A stretch of 64,000 nt of DNA from Octopus vulgaris (GCA_951406725.2 OX597820.1:38874001-38938000), one strand, 5' to 3'; counted from the first letter of the stretch, positions 14,027 through 29,005 are shown. A program made the numbers and translations. The notes: generated by a model from the sequence alone, not told the origin.

Positions 14027-15440
14027 AGCAGTGACAGCAAACAGTGAGAATAGGCAGTTCCCATGTAAGCGAGAGAACAGCTTATTTTCTGCTTTCCTTC
14101 CAATGGCAATAAAAGGCATTAGTATCGCAGCGATATCTCCTAGATATTGTCATACACCATATTTCCAATTATCCTGCAGTATTCTGCTATATTGAGTTTT
14201 AGAAAGGCTGTTTAATGGTAATATGCGCTGTTCTTTTGGTTTAGGTAATGCTTGACGTACAACGAAGCCATTGGTGCCGTTGATTAACAACATCTCTTAA
14301 TAATGCAACACATTGTTTCCAATGATTTCTATAATTAAATGCTTGCATGATTCGGCATCATTATGCAGATGCACAAGCAAAAATCTCTAAAAAGTATTTG
14401 TTGTCACTTCACCAATCATTTCTAAGAGTGAAGACATTATTGCCAAGAATATATCTCGTTTGTTTGCTTAGGACTACAATCAAGAAAGTGTTCACCCATT
14501 TTTTACGACCGTAAGATTTTATTTCATAAGTATTTGGTTTCTATTTCTAGTTGAAGAAGTGACCATGCTGCGGTCCCTACGTTGAATGTCCACCCTCAGA
14601 TGACCTCATATTGTTGTCGGTATTCAGGGTTGTGAAAGTAGTAACATCATTTATATAGCAGCAGCAGTAGTATTAAATGTAGTAACAACAGTATATTCAG
14701 CTCACAGATCATTACATTAATTTACCTATTTCATATAAACTGTACATTTTATCTGTTTTAAATCTGGTCCTTTATGAATACACAAGGAAGCATTTCAGTC
14801 GCTGAATTTTATATCACTTTATAGTTATTTTTCCCTCGCTACATCTTTTGTACTTTGCCGTACAAATGCTATATTTTTATAATTCCATGGTGTAACTATG
14901 AGCCGAAGTTAGACAAAAGAAAACTCATTTGCCCATGTGATGTACTTCTTATCTTAAAATAGTTGATTTTACTATTTTAAAACCCACTTATTTTTATCTA
15001 TCATTCACTTAAGTCCCTAAGCAATGAAACTATTAGTATTCAAAGTTGATAATTTATAGCTTTTAAAGCTGAGAATATGTTTCACGTTAAAATAAACGAC
15101 GAAATACAGGACGTATCGATAAAAATAGATCGATATTTTTATCGATGTAATTTAAAACTCTCATATGTTTTGTATCATCCACCTATTTCCCTAAGCGGTG
15201 AAATATTTAAGATTCAAAGTCGACATTGTATAGCTTGAAGCTGAGAATGGTTCACGTTAAAATAACCGAATGAATGCAGGGCTTATTGATAAAAATTTGA
15301 TTAAAAATATCGCAATCGATAGATTAAGTATCATAGTAACCATTTAAGTATTTATTTTTCATGTAGTACTAGCAGACCTTGAGAAATATTCTCCTGGTCC
15401 TTCTATAAAAGGACGCAACTACGAGTTAAATTGCGTAACC

Positions 15441-16038
15441 CTTTCTAGTATAGACACAAGGCCTGAAATTTTGGGGGCGAGGGTAAGTCGATTGCATCGA
15501 CCTCAGTGCATAACTGGAACTTATTTAATCGACTCCGAAAGGATGAAAGGAAAATTTGACCTGGGCGCAATTTGAACTCAGAACGTTTAGAACATTCTGT
15601 CAGGCGTCCTAACGATTCTGCTAGTTTGCCGCATGAAATTCTTTTTTACTTCAGGCACAAACCCCGAAATTTTTGGGGAGGGGGCCAGTCGATTATATCG
15701 ATCCCCAGGGCGCAATTGGTACTTAATTTATCGACCCCCAGAGGATGAAAGGCAAAGACGACTTCGGCGGAATTTGAACTCAGAACGCAACGGCAGACGA
15801 AATACCTATTTCTTTACTACCCACAAGGAGCTAAACACAGAGAGGACAAACAAGGACAGACAAATGGACTAAGTCGATTATATCGACCCCAGTGCGTAAC
15901 TGGTACTTATTTAATCGACCCCGAAAGGATGAACAGCTAAGTCGACCTCGGCGGAATTTGAACTCAGAACGTAAAGACGGACGAAATACCGCTAAGCATT
16001 TCGCCTGGCGCGCTAACGTTTCTGCCAGCTCGCCGCCT
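15441..16038 (-). mobile_element. tRNA-derived SINE family B, dimeric copy plus an adjacent older monomer
   Basis: Minus head GGCGGCGAGCTGGCAGAAACGTTAGC, B box GAGTTCAAAT, and the core TTTCATCCTTTCGGGGTCGAT repeated three times. Other copies at ~23870-24070, ~25470-25600, 26723-26915 (+), ~53530-53725 and 55966-56364. Confidence 0.8.
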
Positions 16039-17136
16039 TAAAATTGCGCAAGCATAATATGTCTATTTGATTTGTAGTGAGAATGTCAGTATTCTTTTTC
16101 TTTTTATAGCTTCTGTCATTAGACCGCGGCCATATTGGGGCATTGTCGCGAAGGAAATCCACCCAACTATTTAATTTTAAGCCTAGCATGTATTCAATCG
16201 GTCTTTAGCTGAACTGCAAAGTCGCGTAGACGTAAACAAAACAAAATCTCAGGTGGAGAACAAACACAAACACAAAGAGGAATATACATAATCCTATACC
16301 ACATACCAGCGCACGCGCGCACACAAACAAACAAGCAAACAAACACACGCACACACACAGAGGCAATACTAGAAGACACTGCTCCAAGATGTCACGCAGT
16401 TGGACTGATCCCACAACCATACTGTTGAGAAGCAAATTTCTTACTATACTGCGTATTATCACCAAAGTAAAGCCTTAGAATCATTAATTAAAATATGGAA
16501 AAAAAGCATTATCAGGTGATGATGAATAATCCGGAGGGTAAAGTATACACTCCACTTCCGGTAACTATTGAATGTGAAAAATAAATGACATAGCAATAAA
16601 ACATAATAAACTGTTTATTAGAGGTTCTCAACAATTTAGTTGCCTTTGACTTGTTTTTATTGTTATTCAGCCCCACATCTCATCTAATCAAAGAGGTTGG
16701 TGATCAAAGGCATTCCAGAAGTGGTAAAGTTTACAGTCATAAGGTCGTGGCTTCGATTCCTGGACTGGTTGGTTCGTTGAGAAAGGTGCTTTATTTCCCT
16801 TTGTTGAAGTTTATGTAGCTGAAAATGAATCCTATCCGAGTCCTACTAGAACACTTTCACTTTCCAGCTCTCACATTCTCGATATTCTTTAGGTTCATGT
16901 GTTTCTGTCCACTTGCAACTATATAGATAACTAAAACAATTAGCAAAATTATAGTACTGTCTACAAGGTCGTACAAGCTTGGCAGTGACAGCTACTTCTC
17001 AACTCTATATAACCACTGTCCCATTCCATTTACAATCGGTGGGATACCGAGGGAATTTAACTCCTAATTCTAGCAAGCCGAACGACCACCTAGACGGTTT
17101 TGTGTTGTTTAGTCCGACTTAACAGTGACTTAGTTT

Positions 17137-17359
17137 TATTCTGTTGTGTATGGGAGTCATTTTCTTTTTGTGCCTTATAATTTAACACACTCACCGGTAA
17201 AATTTCCACTTATTTCTTATTTTTATTTTCCTAAAGGTTGCAAGACGCAACGAAAATTTTAGGAAAATAAAAATGAGAAATAAATAAAAATTTTACCTGT
17301 GAGTTTGTTAAATTATAAGGCACAAAAAGAAAATGACTCTCCCCAGACACAACAAAATA
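17137..17359. mobile_element. Foldback/MITE-like palindrome
   Basis: Arms of ~100 bp (gagtcattttctttttgtgccttataatttaac...ttttattttcctaaa and its reverse complement) around a short loop ggttgcaagacgcaacg. Confidence 0.75.
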
Positions 17360-17419
17360 TGCTTTAACACACAAATTCACATAAAGAATCTTGCAAACCA
17401 AATCCAAAAACGAAATCTT

Positions 17420-17516
17420 AGTTTTAGTTATCTGTAAATTTATATATTTTAGTTATCTACTTCCTGAATAAATTTATATATTTTAGTTATCTACTTCTTG
17501 AATAAATTTATATATT
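17420..17516. repeat. 34-bp tandem repeat, ~2.5 copies
   Basis: Unit ttttagttatctacttcctgaataaatttatata. Confidence 0.7.
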
Positions 17517-18494
17517 CATCTATCTGCATATTCATCAGTTGATTATACTGTTTGTTCAAAACACATGACGTTATTTTGCTTATATAGGTTACAAGTTCAC
17601 GCGTACACGTACACACTATAAACATATGTACACACTAATATATGAAAATATATGTTTATGTTTAAAGATTTTAGTGTGCACAGAAATAAAAGAGTATTGT
17701 CAGAACTGAAAGTAGAGATATATATTATATCTTAAGAAATCCTTATTTCGTGTGCCTCGAAATAGAAAGTTGGTGTTTCAAATACATTCAGTCGAGATAC
17801 TTGGATATCTGTACTGGATCTTATTGCATATGACTAAAAGAAAAATAAACACTTATTCAGTGACTTAACTGTTGACATAAAGATAAATGAACAGATAAGA
17901 ACAGAAGAGTAAAGGAAAAACGAAAAGGAAGTAAGGAAAGATGTAGAAGATCCAGCGTATATTGAAAATAATAAGATATATAATGAATATAGCAGGTATA
18001 TAAGAAAAAGACAGAATGTGAGAAAGATAATTAGGAATACATGAATGAAAAAGGAAAAGAAAATTTAGCGAAATGACGTAGAAAAATGAAATTAAAGGAA
18101 ATATAGGAAGTGTAAATGGAACGAAGTGGAATTTTCGAAACCTGAAACCAAATATGGATGGGCTAAATGTCCACGTGGGTAAATGAAATGATATGGAAAT
18201 ATATATTTCAAATATCTAATTTTTTTCATTGTTTGGAAGCAATGATTCGAGTTACAAGGTGACAACAAAAACTATAATTACTGAAAGAGAAACGAAAGTG
18301 GTCATTGTGTTTTAAATAAATAGCAGTAAATATTTGAACGCATAACCACACAAACATAATAATACAGATCTTTCACTTAATATGTGATCTAGAAATGAAA
18401 TGGAAACCGTGTGTTTACAATGCAAGATACAGCAAGTCCACGTTCATACCTGCACGTAGTTATTTGCTCTACAACACTCCATTAATTTAAATAC

Positions 18495-19260
18495 AACCAG
18501 CTACCTTCGTGTAAATCTCTTCTATTATTAATCTTAGGTTTCTTTTGGTGTATGAGGATGGCCTCAGAGATTCTAAGGTTGCCCCTGTTCCGCTGTGTTG
18601 CCTTGATGTGCAATGTGAATTACCGAGTCTGGCATTTCCGTAGATGCTTCTTCACGGAGGTGTCTACCTTCATATGTTCCTTAATCCGTATATGCAGTTT
18701 TCTTGTCGTGCTTCTTATGTAGGGTGTGCCATATTTTCCACAGATGATCTCACATACAACATAGGTCCGCTGGCACAATTCAGGGTCATTGATAAGGTAG
18801 TTCCACAGCGTTCTGTCCTCGGAGTAGTGAGAGGTGCTGTTCTTGGACAGAGCTTTTCTCTGGGAAGGGCCGGTGTGCACTATCTGTATGTCGAGTCCTT
18901 CCCTGTCGACTGTGTGATGTATCGCTGCAGTAGTTCTGTCGTCAAAGTGTAGTAGAATCTCTGAGGTCATCCTCATACATCAAAAGAAAACTAAAATCAA
19001 CAATAGAAGAGAGTTACCGGAAGCTAGCTGGTTACTAATAGCAACATATTTCCGCGCATGTTCACTCCACACACGTTCACACACACGCACATCAGCAACA
19101 TTCGTCAATTTTTTGAGAATGGGGTCATAACCCCGAAATATTGAATACAAGGTAAGTCTACATTAATTCATATATTTGTTTTCTTGTGATTACCCTTTCA
19201 TTTACTTCGCATTGTTTTGGCCCTATCCACGATCCTTTATACAATATATTCTACACAATG
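18495..19260 (-). mobile_element. Penelope-like element 3' fragment (GIY-YIG) with an inverted partial pLTR
   Basis: Minus ORF LCQRTYVVCEIICGKYGTPYIRSTTRKLHIRIKEH...RISEAILIHQKKPKINNR is a decayed GIY-YIG. 18495-18575 recurs inverted at 18953-19033, followed by an HHR-like motif at 19107-19147. Confidence 0.75.
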
Positions 19261-22200
19261 CTTCACAGTAATTAACCCAATGTAATACATATATAAATAA
19301 AATATATAATGGCGAGCGGCGAACGAGCGAGAAGGAATGCTACTTTTGGCTCTACAATCTTAACTTAGACATTTAGCAATTATTCCGAGCGTGTTAAGTG
19401 TACTTAAGTACAACAGCGTACGTGGAGATGCCGAAAGGCCTGTTTGGAGGCCCAAACTTCCGAGTTCTTTTACAGGGCTTAGAAAAACTGATGGACTGCT
19501 ACAATAAGTATGTGAATCTGAGATGAGAATATTTTTGAATAATATCATAATTCACAGATCCTCCCGTATTTTCTTTTACTCAAAGCTAAGAAATTTTCGT
19601 GTGATACAAGAAATTATGTATGGACACGCACACAAACACATATAAAATCATACCCAAACGCATATACACATTTATGCATATCTCTCTCACCTCTTTCTCT
19701 CTCTCTCTCTCTCTCTCTCTTCTCTGTTTCTCTCTATATGGATTATACACACTCAGCTACACATCCACATGCACACACACACACACACACACACACAAAC
19801 ATATAAAATATGTAAATTATAATTTATATGTCCCAGTTATTGTAATTCAGTTAGTCCAGATAATATTGCATCACTTGATATACTTCTAACCTCTCGTCCG
19901 GAAAAAATATAGTTATGTGTTTTATGTGAGTATGATTAAAAGTCTATCTGTATTTGTGTATAACACTGTTTGATCTAAATCTAAAAATTATCTCTATTAC
20001 TTGTATTGGAGAATCATAGATACGGTTTAAATTTGTAGTGAACTAAATGTCAGATAATGTTAATATTTTGATTATTCCAATAATCGTCTGAAGATATGTT
20101 TAGCTCTTCATTTTTGAAACACATAAAATAAGCACACAGTTGAAATAGATGACACTTAGGAGCAAAACTCTCGTTGGGGAAGTTTAATAAAGTTCTATAG
20201 CATTACATAACGGTGGATATTTACCAGAGATATGCTGAGTATATTGCTAGCTCTTCACTACCACTCTTCTACGTTTTGATGGAAAATTTTAAAATTAATT
20301 TTACATTTCTCCATACAACCGTAAGCCCAAATTGAGAGTGATATTTTAGAGCTGCAATACACGTAATTCTATTTTGATTCTTTCGAAAATAAATAGTAAC
20401 AAAATAGTATTACTAAAAATATAACAGATTAAACATAGCATATGATATCTTACTTCACCATTTGTGAATTTCCGATTAGAAGTTAGCAGAAATCGTTTGC
20501 ATTAACAAAACGTGTCCTATTTAGATACACTGTATCATTACGCTCAGTTACTCTATCATTGGTTTGTTATGAAGATATTTCCTTATTGTGTAAAAGCTAA
20601 CAATCATATCTTCAAATTATTATATAAGTGCCTACAGCTCAGATGACACTAGAAATGCCGAATAATAGATATAAAGAAACAGCAAAACCAGACCACTGTG
20701 AAGAAATGTCATGTACATTGAACCGTCTGATAATTGAAGAAATTTGAAAGCCATCTTGATAATTGAAGCATTTCTATGAATCGTGATATTACAAATCCTT
20801 CGTCACTGTCAACCGCAGGCAAAATCTACGTTGCTGGAATTCTGAATGATTAATAATAAAATGCATTCAAAAACCCAGTACAAGATAATTTTCTTTCTAG
20901 CTTCAGACTGAAATGTTAGTTTGTTTTCTTCCTAAACAAAGATTAAACAAAGTCTATTACTAGAGTTTCCCAGCATAGTTCTGTTGAGTGAAATGGGTTA
21001 CATTAACCAGAAGATATTTTTATTGGGTGATGTTTCCAAGTATTAACTCATTTAATCATTTGTTTAATGCGTTAAAAAGTGTAATCTGAGATGTGCTGAA
21101 CACAGTCCCTTTCAGGAATATTATGTATTGTAATATATTTATTTCTTTTTAAAGCTATTAACATACTGCAGTACACTTTCTTATCAAGCTCTTATTGCGA
21201 GAATGTCTATTCAGTTCGTAACCACTCAGGGTTTGATGTGAGAGTACGATTATTCAGTGGTATATTTATTCTTTGCCTTGAATCTAACCATGTATAAAGT
21301 CTCCTTTGCGTTTGTAACGCGAGTAAAATTATTGCTCTTTGTAATTTAGACAAGTTTCTACTGTTAATACTTCTTCGTTTCTATCGTGCACGCTTGCAGT
21401 TTGGTATCTTGAACTATGACTGTGCTTGTGAGTCTATGTATTCTCATCGTATAATTTTTTCTCTTAATTTTCCTTTGAATTGTATTCATCTGATTTTTCA
21501 GTAATTTACGTGTGTTCGAAACATGCTCTTTGTAGAATGTGGGGGCATATCAGTTGCTACTTCTTTTATAATTCTTCCTTCAGTAGAAAAAAAATCATAA
21601 TCAATCAATTGTAAAAGAAAAAGCAAAGATTTTCGAAAAGAAAAAAAAAAGCGGCTCATGACAGGCCTTTTTTTTTTGCCATATTTATTGGAGTAGACAT
21701 CCATGCGGTCTGAAGTCCTCTGTTCGCAAAATAATCTAATAGAGAACTCTGTTGATCCAGAAAACTTGGTAAATGTCCAATTTAAGTTAAGCGGTCTCAA
21801 AGCACGTCCTTTCACGGTCAGAAAATAATAATATAAAAAAAATCGTTATTACTGGGTTAGTATTGTATTTTTACATCTCCCACTACACCAACCCTTACTA
21901 TGATCATTATCTTTATTATTGGTGCTGCTGTTACTTTATTTTCGAGAGAGTAGAAATACCAAACTAAATGTATCAGATAGCACATAATTTAGAGATAATT
22001 CGATTTTCCTTTTGAAATAATGTTCAGCAATATATTGTAAATGATAAGCTCAAATACACACTAATATTCTGGCATTCGCCAAGGGTATTTCAATTCTTCA
22101 GTCCCTATAGGGGCCCCATCATCGTTTACGTTTAATCAAAAGTACGCGTTTCAGCATATATTTAATTTAATATGGCGTCGCTTATTTATTGGAATCAGAG

Positions 22201-24149
22201 AAAAGGGAGGAGAACGGGAATATGCATGAAAGAGAAGAGGTACGATGTGCCTTCAGTAACAAGGAACGGAAAAGAAGGCATGTGATTTCTTCTCCACTCA
22301 TTTAAATAGTACATTGCTGCGTTTACTGTTATAAAGAAAAACCAACGGCACAGTCGCAATCAACAAAACACCACCACGAGAATGTTAGTGCTAGCGGTGT
22401 TAAAGATGGCAGCGAAGACAATAGTTGTAGAAGTGTTTTGTGGCTGTGAAAACTAACGCATCATTACTACCACTAGCACCACTACCTCCCTTACTATAGA
22501 CAGTGCTAACATCAAAGACAGCATTAACAACAAGAGCAAATGCAACATCAACGTGTTCCGATTTTCATTTTAGTCGGAACCGCCAGATTTATTTATTTAT
22601 TTGTTTACTGGCTTAGGCAGAGAAGAACGAGAGGGCTCCTATGTTTTGTAATTGACTTTCAAGACCGGTGATAAGAGGGCAGGAAGTCATCTTACGTTTG
22701 AAGGTCTGACACGCATCTTAGCATCAGAAGGGGTCTTCCTAGTAAAAGTAACCCCAAAACCATGTTCAATCGGGTGACGGGTTAGGTCACCCTCGAAAAT
22801 ACAAAGAACAACAGAATGGACGCAAGAAACGTGAGACAAATAGATATTATTATGACTTAGTTAAAGATTACATATCGTTATGATGGAACTTATGAACAGA
22901 TGGAATGTAATGTAGTTGTACAGAAAGAAGAAGAGTACATGTTCGAGATCTAGTAACCTAATTTCTCTCACTCAGGTATATAGAGCAGTGAAGTTAAGAT
23001 TCGTCTCACAATTCTAAACAATGAGGTACTCCATTGTTCTGTCTAATCCTCATTTACACGAAATTGCAAGTGACTAAGTAGGAAGTGAAAGATGTTGCAC
23101 AAGAAATGCACTTCTCTTAACTGGTGCTCAGCATTATGGAGGAAGATCAACACTCTCTCGTCAGCGTGATACAATTCTTTCTAAGTACACTGCTCAAGAT
23201 AAGCTTAGATATCGTGCTCCAGGTCGAATTAGGAAACGGAAAAGATTTCCGGCAGGAAAAATCTCCAAAGCGACACCTATTTCCCGTTATGATCGTTGGT
23301 AGATGATTCAAGTACCCCATTTAAGAACCTTCTTTCCTCAGCAGAGGCTAAGGCAACCTAGAACCAAGCCACTATAGCATCAGCTGTAGAAATATAATCG
23401 ATATAACAACAAAGCAGTAGTAATAAGGTTGGCAAGAAGAAAGATTGGAGCATGATCATAAATACATACCATTGTCAAGATAAAAAGGATAGATGTAAGA
23501 ACTGGTACATCTATCTCCGGTATGTAAGGCAGTTACTACAAAAGCAATTACAACAAGGGCTCTTACTAAAGCCTAAATAAAGTAGGAAAATCACTCCCAA
23601 GAAAAAAGCTTCAAATACAATCGATAAACTAAACAGTAAATCCCCAGGAAAATAAACGAGTAAGTCAAAGATAATCTGCAACTACGATTACAATACCAAA
23701 AGGGTAGCAAGGAAGTCTTTACGTGGACGATCGATTTACTAGTACTTGTTGAAAAATAACATTACACGACAATACCTACCCTAGGTTACTGGCTGTCGCC
23801 CCCCAAGTATTTATTACCTAGATGACATCAAAATGATAATAATAGTAATAAAATCGGTCAGTATTAATCCTTTCTATTATAGGCACAAAGTCTGATATTT
23901 TTCGTGTGGGATGGAGCTAGTGATTTCCTCGATATGGGTGCTAGGACCTATTCCATCGGCCCCGAAAGGATGAAAGGCAAAGTCTACCACAGCAGAATGT
24001 GAACTCAGAGCATAAAGGCGGATGAAGTGACGCTAGGCACTTTAGCTCGGCGTGTTTACGATTCTGCCTTAGGTCAGGAATAATAATAAAAAAGAAACGG
24101 TGACTTGAAATTCAGTTTGAAGTATTCAATAGCAATAGATGCAATAAAT

Positions 24150-25450
24150 GAATGACGCAGAAAAGAACACCAAAGATAGTACAACATAAGACACACATGG
24201 CTGCAGGTAGGTAGAGAAAGGATAAGCCCAAAAATTAAAAGCAATATCACATAAGAGAAGTAAATAGTAACAAGGAATACACCAATAACAGCAGAACAAG
24301 TTGTCTAGAAATAAAGAACGGGAACTTTACCAACAGCTGAACAATGAGAATGAACATAAAGGAAATGAATGACATGCCAAATGTTAAAATAGCAAGGGAA
24401 TTCTGGTTAGATATCTGGAACGAAGATATTGAAATTAACAGATGCAGACTGTTTGTAGAAATATAAATATGAAATGGAAAATAGCTCAATACAATAGAAT
24501 ATATAGTTGCAGGTAAGAATATGAAAAAGATGCTTTAGGCAATACCAAACTGGAAAGTCTCTGGACCAGATGATGTTCAAAAACTTTTAAAAACTATTTA
24601 AGTATGCACAACCATATAACTCGTTTGCTATTTTCTGTTTTGAAAACGGAACACCAACCCGGAGAACAGAAAGAGAAATAGTGCTCACACAAGAGGGCAT
24701 AGGAAAAATCCAAGTCAGTAATTATAGGCTTATTACGTGCTTATCGTTACTCTGGAATTTATTAATTGGCCTCATAGCAGATGAAGATTATAACCTTCCG
24801 AAAAACGAAAATCTATTAATAGAGGATCAAAAGGGATGCAGAAAGAAGTCAAGGGGTACTGCTGATCTGTTGTATATCGATAGTATGATATGAAGTGAGA
24901 TACAAATAAGAAAGAACTTAGTTGTTTGATTGATAGACTAAAAAGAAACTTACTATAATATTCCATACACTTTGGTTTTAGATTCCATGAGAGCATGCTG
25001 GATAAATGAGAAAAGAAAGAACTCATTTGAAAGTTGAACTAAAATGCGCATATGAATCTTTAAGAAACATGAAAATACACAGAAGATATTCCAGGGAGAC
25101 TCGCAGTCCCTCTATTACTTTTCGTCCTTGTGTCAACACTTTCGACAACTATATTGAAAAAATCCAGGTCAGCCTATAACCTTCCCAAAACAATGGTGGA
25201 AATAAGTCATCTGCTATATATACATCACCACAAAATTGGGCGGAAAACGAAAAAGACCTGGATTCTCCAATCCAAACAGTAAGACAATTTATCAAGGTAC
25301 TGGTATGCTGTTTTAGGTTAAAGAATTTGGAGTTTATTTATGGAGAGAGAGAGAGTGAAAGATTTATTCTGACTATAAAATTTACTACTGATGTTTCTCA
25401 TAGATCGATGTGAAATAATGACGGACAAATGTATCTAAGGTTATTGCAGG
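24150..25450 (+). mobile_element. Highly decayed R4-clade LINE reverse transcriptase region
   Basis: Broken motifs PNWKVSGPD, NYRLITCLSLLWNLLIGLI, QKGCRKKSRGTADLLYID, IFQGDS and ISHLLY in RT order. Confidence 0.75.
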
Positions 25451-26237
25451 GTGATAAAATAATATTTTCTGTTATAGGCAGAGGGCCTGCAATTTTGACA
25501 GAGGAGGTAAGTCGATTACATCGACCTCAGTGATCAACTGATACTTATTTTATCGACCCCAAAAGAATGAAAGGCAAAATCGACCTCACAGGAATTTGAA
25601 GCCTGCTCAACGGTTAAATAATGAAAACCGATATGTTACTAAAGGGAGCTAAATAAGAATTAAGATGGTGAAAGAGACAAAGAGAGAGAGAAAGAAAGAA
25701 AAAAAAAGAGAGAGAGAGAGAGAGAAAGGTAAGCGGAAGAGCGATATATTGTTTGAACTGGAGGAAACTGGACAAGTATACAAACGACAATTAGTTGATA
25801 AACCGTTGGTGAAAAGCAATATCTAGTCATAATTTGAAACGTGTAGTATCCGAATAAGTAGGGTCGTGCTGACCTCACCGTCCCGTCCATATGCTTTATG
25901 AACGCAACACTTTTCAATAAGAGCATTGTAAACGTGGTTGGAATCACAGGATTCTCGGATATTGTCTAAGTCACGATGTCTCACCCGTATGGTAATTGTT
26001 TGCTCTCATTTGTATGATTGTTAGTGTATATGAGGCGTTTTCATTTGCAATTCTTCTAATGATACGTAGATACCAATATACACATGCATTTTAGTTGTTC
26101 AATCTAAATATTCATCATGCTTTAACATATTCTTCATATTGGTTTTCGTCGTGGTTTGGTGACAAAATGTCTCCTCAAACCACAAGAATCTTTCTTGGGA
26201 TCTTGCAGCATACAGGATAATACTTTTCTCCAGGGAG

Positions 26238-26257
26238 GTTATTATTATTATTATTAC

Positions 26258-26297
<40 letters not shown>

Positions 26298-26343
26298 GTT
26301 ATTATTATTATTATTATCATCATCATCATCATTATCATTATTA

Positions 26344-26426
<83 letters not shown>

Positions 26427-26630
26427 GCTGTTGTTGTTGCTGTTTTTATTCTTGTTGTTGTTGTTTTTCTTCTTTTTCTTTTTAAACTATGAAGATGTCC
26501 TTTCTTTTTAAGTGTATACCGTGTATACTTACATTTTTTTTCATTTTGTTATATGTTAATTCCCACACTTTATGTCTGTCCTTGTATTGCCCCCTCACCC
26601 TTCGCCTTTGTGGCAAATACATGAAATTAA

Positions 26631-26702
<72 letters not shown>

Positions 26703-26720
26703 CATCATCATCATCATCAT
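26238..26720. repeat. (TTA)n/(TCA)n/(TTG)n compound microsatellites; further (CAT)n at ~27100-27200
   Basis: Direct reading. Confidence 0.95.
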
Positions 26721-27138
26721 CAAGGCGGCGAGCAAGCAGAATCGTTAGCAAGGAATGCTTAGCAGCATTTCGTCCGTCTTTACGTTCTTATTTCAAATTC
26801 CGCTGAGGTCAACTTTACCCTTCTTTCTTTCGGGGTCGATAAAATAGGTACCAGTTGAATACTGGTGTCGATGTAACTGATTTATCCTCTTCTTGTCCTT
26901 GTGGCAAAATTTGATAAAACATTATTGTTATTATCACGGTCATTATTTCTCCTCCTCCTCCTCCTCCTCTTCCTACTACTAGTTTTAGTATTATTACTAC
27001 TACAACAAGCACTAACATCTGCTGCTGCTGCTGCTTCTACTACTGATGTTGTTATCGCTGCTGCTACCGCTACTATTAATATGTTTGTCGTGGTCGCCAT
27101 CATCGCCATCATCATCATCATCATTGTCGTCGTCGTTG

Positions 27139-27201
<63 letters not shown>

Positions 27202-27699
27202 ACACCATCACCATCCATATAACTATAAATCTACTACATCCTGCTGCAGGAAGCGATCTTCTTCTTTGTTATGACTGTTAATTTTTAACGAATTTATAAT
27301 CAGAGAAAAATGTTACCATCTCTGCTAACAAAGTCTTCATAATGGCAAACTAGAAGCAATAACATGAAGCAGAGGCAGCAGCGACAGCAATAGCAACAGT
27401 AGTAGTTTATTGATGCCATGAAATTACTGTAGAAATGCAGCAACGCCACTAGCAGTTGCACTATCGGCAATGGATGCTGTTAAGTAAAATGCATGTTGCA
27501 TGTCAGGAGTTGCCTGCTTCAGACAAAAGCTGCCATTGTGTTGAGGAATTCGGTCATAGTATTAATATTCTTATACGAACACGTTCTATACATGTTGAAG
27601 GCTACCTCCACTACCACAACTTAACGCCAACCATTACCACTAAGCTACTACACCGTGACTACCAGAACGACTTCAATTAATGCTACGAACATTATATAC

Positions 27700-28400
27700 T
27701 TACAACTATCACCACAACTACAACTATCACCACCACCGCCACTGCCACTGCCGCCGCCACCATCACAACCGCAACCAATGCATCAAGAGCAAAAACACCT
27801 ATCACCACAACTACAACCTCCACTACCACCAACACCACCATCAAAACCGCAGCCAACACCACCATTATCATAACCGGAACCAATGCAACACTAACAAAAA
27901 CAACTATCACCACAACTACAACCTATACTACCACCACCATCACAACCGCAGCCAACACCGCCACTATCACAACCGCAACCAATGCAACAATAGCAAAAAC
28001 AACTATCACCACAACTACAACCTCCACTACCACCACCATCACCACCACCACCATCACAACCGCAGTCAATACTACCACTACCACAACCGCAACCAATGCA
28101 ACAATAACAAAAACAACTATCACCACAACTACAGCCTCCACTACCACCACCATCACCACTATCACAACCGCAGCCAACACCACCACTATCACAACCGCAA
28201 CCAAAGCAGCAATAACAAAAACAACTATAGCCACAACTACAACCACCACTACCACTATCACCAGTACCAACAACAACAACACCATCACAACTGCAACCAA
28301 TACAACAATAACAAAACAACCATCATTGCGACTACAACCACCACCATAATCACAACCAATGCAACAGCAAAACAATTATCACCACAACTATAACCACCAC
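27700..28400. repeat. CA-rich minisatellite, ~100-110 bp unit, ~6-7 copies
   Basis: caactatcaccacaactaca...cacaaccgcaaccaatgcaac..caaaaa recurs at ~27703, 27797, 27901, 28000, 28114 and 28222. Confidence 0.85.
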
Positions 28401-29005
28401 CACAAAAACTCATCACTACCACTACCAACGCAAGAACTATCATCTCTACTTCTATACAGCATCACTACCATATCAACATCCATCATAAACTATACACAAC
28501 CAAGACTATTTAAAAATTGTCACCACCACTTACCCACAATTTTCACCACTACCATAATTTAGCACTAACTACTACTACTACTACTACTACTGTAGTCATT
28601 GCTCTTGCCACTGCTTCTGCTGATTTTGCTGCTGCTACTGCTGCTGCTTCTGTTGTTGCTGCTGCTACACTGCAACCATCTCCACTCGAAAACCATTCTC
28701 TCACATGAATTAATCACCAACGCATCACCGCAATATCTTTATTTGGTCTTATTGGAAGATCCGCATCAGTTGTGATTGTAGAGATCCACACAGAAGTGCC
28801 AGTTTCGGCGGCAGTTCTGGTGCTGGGTTTTCGTCAGTTTTACTGTATGTCCAAACCATGTCTTTTTTAAACTCTTGCGTGATCAAAGTTCCAGTGGGAA
28901 CAATCACATGCAATGCTCTGCCAGCATTTAACATAGAGGTAAACAGACACCGTGCCTCTTTTGCCAAAGTACATTTACCAGAACATTTCTTTCGAATCCT
29001 CCAAA

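Noticed and set aside
14040-14640. Possible Helitron helicase remnant
   Set aside because: Weak motif hints fall on opposite strands and are not collinear.
11568-15310. Short diverged direct repeats (~11568/11817 and ~15066/15238)
   Set aside because: Small old local duplications with no further structure.
20400-21815. Complex sequence with a 105-aa minus ORF (21498-21815)
   Set aside because: No recognisable domain or splice structure, and homopolymer runs lie inside the ORF.
22700-23850. Possible very old LINE remnant (APE start-like NVR)
   Set aside because: Too degenerate to support by eye.
28749-28830. Minus-strand ETGTSVWISTITTDADLP resembling a cadherin repeat
   Set aside because: Short match in a frame with several stops; no flanking cadherin motifs (DRE, DxNDN).
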